Positions 8,419 through 11,209 of a DNA stretch of 11,209 nt are shown here, one piece after another. The notes under the pieces are model-generated. The model did not search any database and was not told the DNA's origin. It saw only the letters and a program-made list of their open reading frames with translations. This DNA is from a bacterium (GTDB lineage: Bacteria > Zhuqueibacterota > Zhuqueibacteria > Oceanimicrobiales > Oceanimicrobiaceae): contig JBHHYI010000136.1 of assembly GCA_046757525.1 (NCBI GenBank), positions 1-11,209 of the forward strand, given 5' to 3'. The position numbers and the translations under genes are program-made. The number at the start of each line of letters is the position of its first letter. Position 1 is the stretch's first letter.

Positions 8419-8538
8419 AAGATTATCCTTGTTCTATTCCCTTTTGAGACCGTTATCTTCCCCTAAAAAGACATCTACCCCTTTTTCTAACTCGAATGAA
8501 ATATATTATTTTTACGCAATATTGTCAAGGATAATCTT
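8419..8538. repeat. Perfect 13-bp inverted repeat flanking the sigma70 promoter
   Basis: AAGATTATCCTTG (8419-8431) and CAAGGATAATCTT (8526-8538) enclose 94 bp. The right copy overlaps the -35 hexamer. Confidence 0.8.
8500..8528 (-). promoter_or_regulatory. Sigma70-type promoter pointing toward the large secreted-protein genes
   Basis: Minus strand reads TTGACA (8528-8523), a 17-nt spacer ATATTGCGTAAAAATAA, then TATATT (8505-8500). Predicted start is near 8493, giving a leader of about 320 nt. Confidence 0.7.
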
Positions 8539-8725
8539 AATATTTTACGCTATTATAAAATTCTGGAGAGGACTACCTCATCCTTCCACACAACTTCATG
8601 TGAAGAATCAACTACTTAGGCAAGCTTTAAGAAATGAAAAATATCTGTAATTTTCTACTATTTTTTGCCCATAATATGAAGATCCCGTTCAATCGCTCTG
8701 CCGTCGTTCTCATTACAGATTTTTT

Positions 8726-8886
8726 TATGGTAGGACGACTGCAACATCAGTAACAGCCAGGGCCTGAGTTTCCGACTCTCAAGGTCTACCGAGAGGCGCA
8801 GGCGGAAACTCGATCGGCAAACACCTGAACCAACGACCGCGCCTCCCATAGGGCTTTGATATGGTATCGAAACTTACCCATTTATC
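8726..8886 (-). ncRNA. Candidate multi-stem structured RNA, family unknown
   Basis: Central hairpin GAGTTTCCG (8766-8774) / CGGAAACTC (8803-8811) with inner CTCTC/GAGAG. Closing stem 8840-8850 with 8726-8737. Two side stems (8834-8839 with 8811-8816; 8753-8758 with 8737-8742) need G-U pairs available only on the minus strand. Confidence 0.3.
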
Positions 8887-8897
8887 ACTTCCATGTC

Positions 8898-8913
8898 TCA
8901 AAGATTGTGCCAA
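8898..8913 (-). promoter_or_regulatory. Possible sigma54 (-24/-12) promoter
   Basis: Minus strand TTGGCAC-AATCT-TTGA: perfect -24 element and N5 spacing, but the -12 element is TTGA instead of TTGC. Confidence 0.4.
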
Positions 8914-9096
8914 ATCAGAGCATAAGTGCTTCAAGTATTTAATTTTATTAAATGTGAGAAGCGACGAATCATCGTTTCAGAACGCGATGCCAGTAGAACC
9001 AGTCATGGCGGTTCTTGTTAGCAAACCCTGACTCTCTTCACAAAAGTCAGCGTCTGAGTCTACTTCCAAGAATCCTTAACTATTTATTTTTCAGAA

Positions 9097-9300
9097 TCAA
9101 GGGAATGAGGAATGTAACCTTGCCGGTCGGGGGAGCACGTCGCAGTGTGACCGAACGTTGCGATTCCAGTTGCAAAAAATTAGACGGCGCACTGAAATAT
9201 TACTCTCGGTGAGTATTGAATGGCAAGGACTCAAGCGACAAAGGTCAACTTTGGTGTGCACTTTCTGCGCTATATCGCGCAAATTCAGCACAATAGCCAT
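9097..9300 (-). CDS. Possible small hypothetical protein (67 aa) downstream of the receiver gene
   Basis: ATG at 9300 preceded by a good SD-like AGGGAGTGA (9313-9305), 28 nt after the receiver-gene stop. Sequence MAIVLNLRDIAQKVHTKVDLCRLSPCH.. has no recognisable homology. Confidence 0.3.
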   Translation of the reverse strand: MAIVLNLRDIAQKVHTKVDLCRLSPCHSILTESNISVRRLIFCNWNRNVRSHCDVLPRPARLHSSFP

Positions 9301-9328
9301 ATAATCACTCCCTATGACCATGGCGCTA

Positions 9329-9700
9329 TTAACGGAAACTACGGCTAAGTTTCTTTAAGACTTCTGTTATCTTGAGGAACTCGATGGATTTGTCGAAGAA
9401 AAAATCGGCGCCAGCGTCGAGACATTTCCTTCGATACTGAGGAAACGGATAGTTGGTAAGTACGATCACAATAGGAGAGCATCCATTGTTCTTAATATTT
9501 TGCAAGACGTCGATGCCGGTTCCGGAAGGCATGCGAATATCCAGGATTACGACTTCAGGTTTCAGTTTTCTAATAGACTCGATGGCTTCCAAACCGCTTT
9601 GCGCCTGGCCTACCACCTCGACGTCTTCGAGGTCAGACAGCGCCGTGTACAGTCTGTCGCGAACCAGGGCTGAGTCATCCGCAATTAATACCGTCGTCAT
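9329..9700 (-). CDS. Single-domain response regulator (NarL-type receiver domain, no output domain)
   Basis: 123 aa with intact D8-D9, phosphoacceptor D54 (ILDIRMP), T82 and K104. It ends right after the receiver fold. SD-like AAGGGTGA upstream. Confidence 0.95.
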   Translation of the reverse strand: MTTVLIADDSALVRDRLYTALSDLEDVEVVGQAQSGLEAIESIRKLKPEVVILDIRMPSGTGIDVLQNIKNNGCSPIVIVLTNYPFPQYRRKCLDAGADFFFDKSIEFLKITEVLKKLSRSFR

Positions 9701-9969
9701 CTCCCAATCACCCTTGCTGATTTCAATCTGATAGAAATTTCTTGCTCGGTCTGAATTGCTTACTAAGAACCGAAACAGGATTCCATTAAACTGATCCTAT
9801 CACAGGAACTTCAGTCATATATATGGAAGAGATTGCATTTGCATGTTGAGGATCCTTAGAAGATCGCCCTGCATGAGGATAATCACTCTGTACAGGTGAT
9901 GAGTCGCAGACCCCTGATAAAAAGGATGTCAGAAGGATTTACAGTTTACAAGCAACTTCTTCGACAATA

Positions 9970-10258
9970 AAGTCATTCATGGGCAGTCTCAACAAATCAT
10001 TCCAACTTCGAAGATCGTCTCAAGCATCGTCTCAGGTTGCAGCATCAATAGATTCAGCGGATAGTTTCGGCTTCGGATTAGGAATCGTTCTCGGCATTCG
10101 GTTTCGTCATCGGCTCCAGAGTCACATTCGGTACTCAACAATTGTAAGGCCCGGCTGTGGTATTCTTGTGATTTCAGTATCGGTTCCGGAAGATTACGAC
10201 TGCCCAGGAATGCCCCAAATTAATCGGCGAAAATGAATCACCTGACTAATCTAATTTA
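9970..10258 (-). ncRNA. Candidate sRNA or long structured leader: long basal stem closing a CCGA-repeat loop
   Basis: Arms 10186-10216 and 9970-10005 are complementary (minus strand CAUUC-C-UGGGCAGUC with GACUGCCCA-U-GAAUG; AAUC-UUCCGG with UUGGAA-U-GAUU), with G-U pairs only on the minus strand. Eight CCGA copies occur (plus-strand TCGG at 10067, 10073, 10091, 10098, 10110, 10128, 10180, 10224). No credible ORF. Confidence 0.5.
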
Positions 10259-10355
10259 ATAGTAAAGATACAATCTTGCTCGAAGAAAAAAATAGGACAA
10301 AAACGTATTTTTGTGTAGGCATTGAACTACAAATCTTGTAAGGCTTTGTCTGACA
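10259..10355 (-). promoter_or_regulatory. Activator-dependent promoter with three phased NarL/GacA-type boxes
   Basis: Plus strand TAGGACAAAAACGTA (10293-10307), TGTAGGCATTGAACTACA (10314-10331) and TGTAAGGCTTTGTCTGACA (10337-10355). The TAGG/TAAG starts fall at 10293, 10316 and 10339, exactly 23 bp apart. Minus-strand -10 candidates are TATCTT (10270-10265) or TACTAT (10264-10259); no -35 consensus. Confidence 0.55.
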
Positions 10356-10393
10356 AGCATCCCGCGCCAGGTTGGGGCCGTATAAAATCCAAA

Positions 10394-11023
10394 TCACAAT
10401 CCTCTTTCAACGGCATAGTGGATAAGCTCCGCATTGTTTTTCATGCCCATCTTCTGCAGAATCCGTCTGCGATAGGTACTGATGGTTTTCACACTCAAAG
10501 AGATTTCCTCGGCAATTTCTTTGACCGTCCGGCCTGAAGCAATCAGACACAAGACCTGGTATTCTCTGTCTGATAGGATTTCATGAGGTTGTTTGTGGAG
10601 ACCCCCCTCCATGTTGACGACGATCTTTTCGGCAACCGATGGAGTGATATATTTTCCGCCGGCAAAGACTTTCTTGATGGCTTCCACCAACTGGCCCGGC
10701 GCGCTTTCTTTGGTGAGGTAGCCAGCAGCTCCGGCCTTTAAGACCCGAATCGCATATTGGTCTTCGGGATGCATGCTTAGTACCAAGATTGGTAGATTGG
10801 GTCTTTCGCTTCGCAATAGTTTCAATATTTCTATGCCGGTAATCCCTGGCATGGTGATGTCTAAGACCAGAACGTCCACCGGTTCGCTGCGAACCTGCTG
10901 CAACACTTCCTCTCCACGACAGGCTTCGCCCACGACCTCCATTTCGGGGGTGTCGTCGATGATGCGCTTTAGGCCTTCGCGGACAACAGCATGGTCGTCC
11001 GCAATGAGTACGCGGATATTCAT
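10394..11023 (-). CDS. NarL/FixJ-family DNA-binding response regulator (receiver plus LuxR-type HTH), UvrY/GacA-like
   Basis: 209 aa. VLIADDH, phosphoacceptor in VLDITMPG, LSMH, AGAAGYLTK, then LSDREYQVL..G.TVKEIAEEISLSVKTISTYRRRILQKM HTH. Confidence 0.96.
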   Translation of the reverse strand: MNIRVLIADDHAVVREGLKRIIDDTPEMEVVGEACRGEEVLQQVRSEPVDVLVLDITMPGITGIEILKLLRSERPNLPILVLSMHPEDQYAIRVLKAGAAGYLTKESAPGQLVEAIKKVFAGGKYITPSVAEKIVVNMEGGLHKQPHEILSDREYQVLCLIASGRTVKEIAEEISLSVKTISTYRRRILQKMGMKNNAELIHYAVERGL

Positions 11024-11067
11024 TAGTCCTGGGGCTTTTTAAAAATTGTCCAAATAGAGTTTGCGCT

Positions 11068-11088
11068 ACAAAAATGGTGCCGTGCCAT
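11068..11088 (-). promoter_or_regulatory. Weak sigma54-like element upstream of the response regulator
   Basis: Minus strand TGGCACGGCAC-CATTT-TTGTA: tandem GGCAC, the second with N5 spacing to TTGT (non-consensus -12). Confidence 0.25.
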
Positions 11089-11150
11089 TCTTTTAAGAAA
11101 CGCTCCTCTTGAGCGGAACGACAGTTGCTTTTATTTGAGCCCAAAGGGAC

Positions 11151-11198
11151 TCGTCCTGAGTAGTCCCGACCGCTTTTGGGTCGGGACGTATCGAAGGG
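11151..11198. repeat. REP-like palindromic element with a 9-bp hairpin
   Basis: GTCCCGACC (11163-11171) / GGTCGGGAC (11179-11187) inside TCGTCCTGAGTA...GTATCGAAGGG. From recall, it resembles the CCTGAG..TCGAAGG REP-like family. Confidence 0.55.
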
Positions 11199-11209
11199 CG
11201 ACGGCCTGA

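Noticed and set aside
8643..8720. 9-bp inverted repeat ATCTGTAAT / ATTACAGAT
   Set aside because: Short, AT-rich, does not extend and encloses nothing recognisable.
8658..8849. Minus-strand 63-aa ORF
   Set aside because: No SD, no homology recognised; the region is better explained by RNA structure.
8995..9050. Small hairpins AGAACC/GGTTCT and CTGACT/AGTCAG, with GCAAACC reminiscent of a c-di-GMP-I riboswitch
   Set aside because: No GNRA loop or GACGCAAAGC segment, and no U-tract for a terminator.
10014..10131. Short repeats considered as a CRISPR array or VNTR
   Set aside because: Repeats are only 4-9 nt with irregular spacing; no repeat-spacer periodicity and no cas genes in the window.
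9979..10236. Plus-strand 85-aa ORF
   Set aside because: No SD, opposite to all neighbouring genes, and its FGFGLG stretch is a by-product of the TCGG repeats.
10581..11144. Minus-strand 187-aa ORF
   Set aside because: Alternative frame overlapping the well-supported response regulator; Arg-rich and without motifs.

Overview
An 11.2-kb bacterial window in which every credible gene is on the minus strand. In transcription order (right to left) it holds a UvrY/GacA-like NarL-family response regulator (10394-11023), an ORF-free stretch with a candidate structured repeat-rich RNA (about 9970-10258), a stand-alone NarL-type receiver protein (9329-9700), and an AT-richer 1.15-kb regulatory region. 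Two large paralogous secreted FN3/Ig-like repeat proteins with C-terminal 'PNPFNP' FlgD-Ig/T9SS-A-type sorting domains follow (3442-8175, 324-3287), then the 5' end of an AlkZ-family (HTH_42) DNA glycosylase missing from the ORF track (<1-290). The protein style suggests an FCB-group organism such as KSB1 or Calditrichota (inference). The most interesting signals are non-coding: (i) three phased GacA/UvrY-like boxes upstream of a putative sRNA whose long G-U-containing stem closes a loop with seven of eight local CCGA copies, a Csr/Rsm-like layout with a non-GGA motif; (ii) a near-consensus sigma70 promoter for the big surface proteins bracketed by a perfect 13-bp inverted repeat, so that inversion would rebuild it facing the other way; (iii) a sigma54-like promoter followed by a multi-stem RNA fold. 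All calls are by eye; no searches or folding programs were run.
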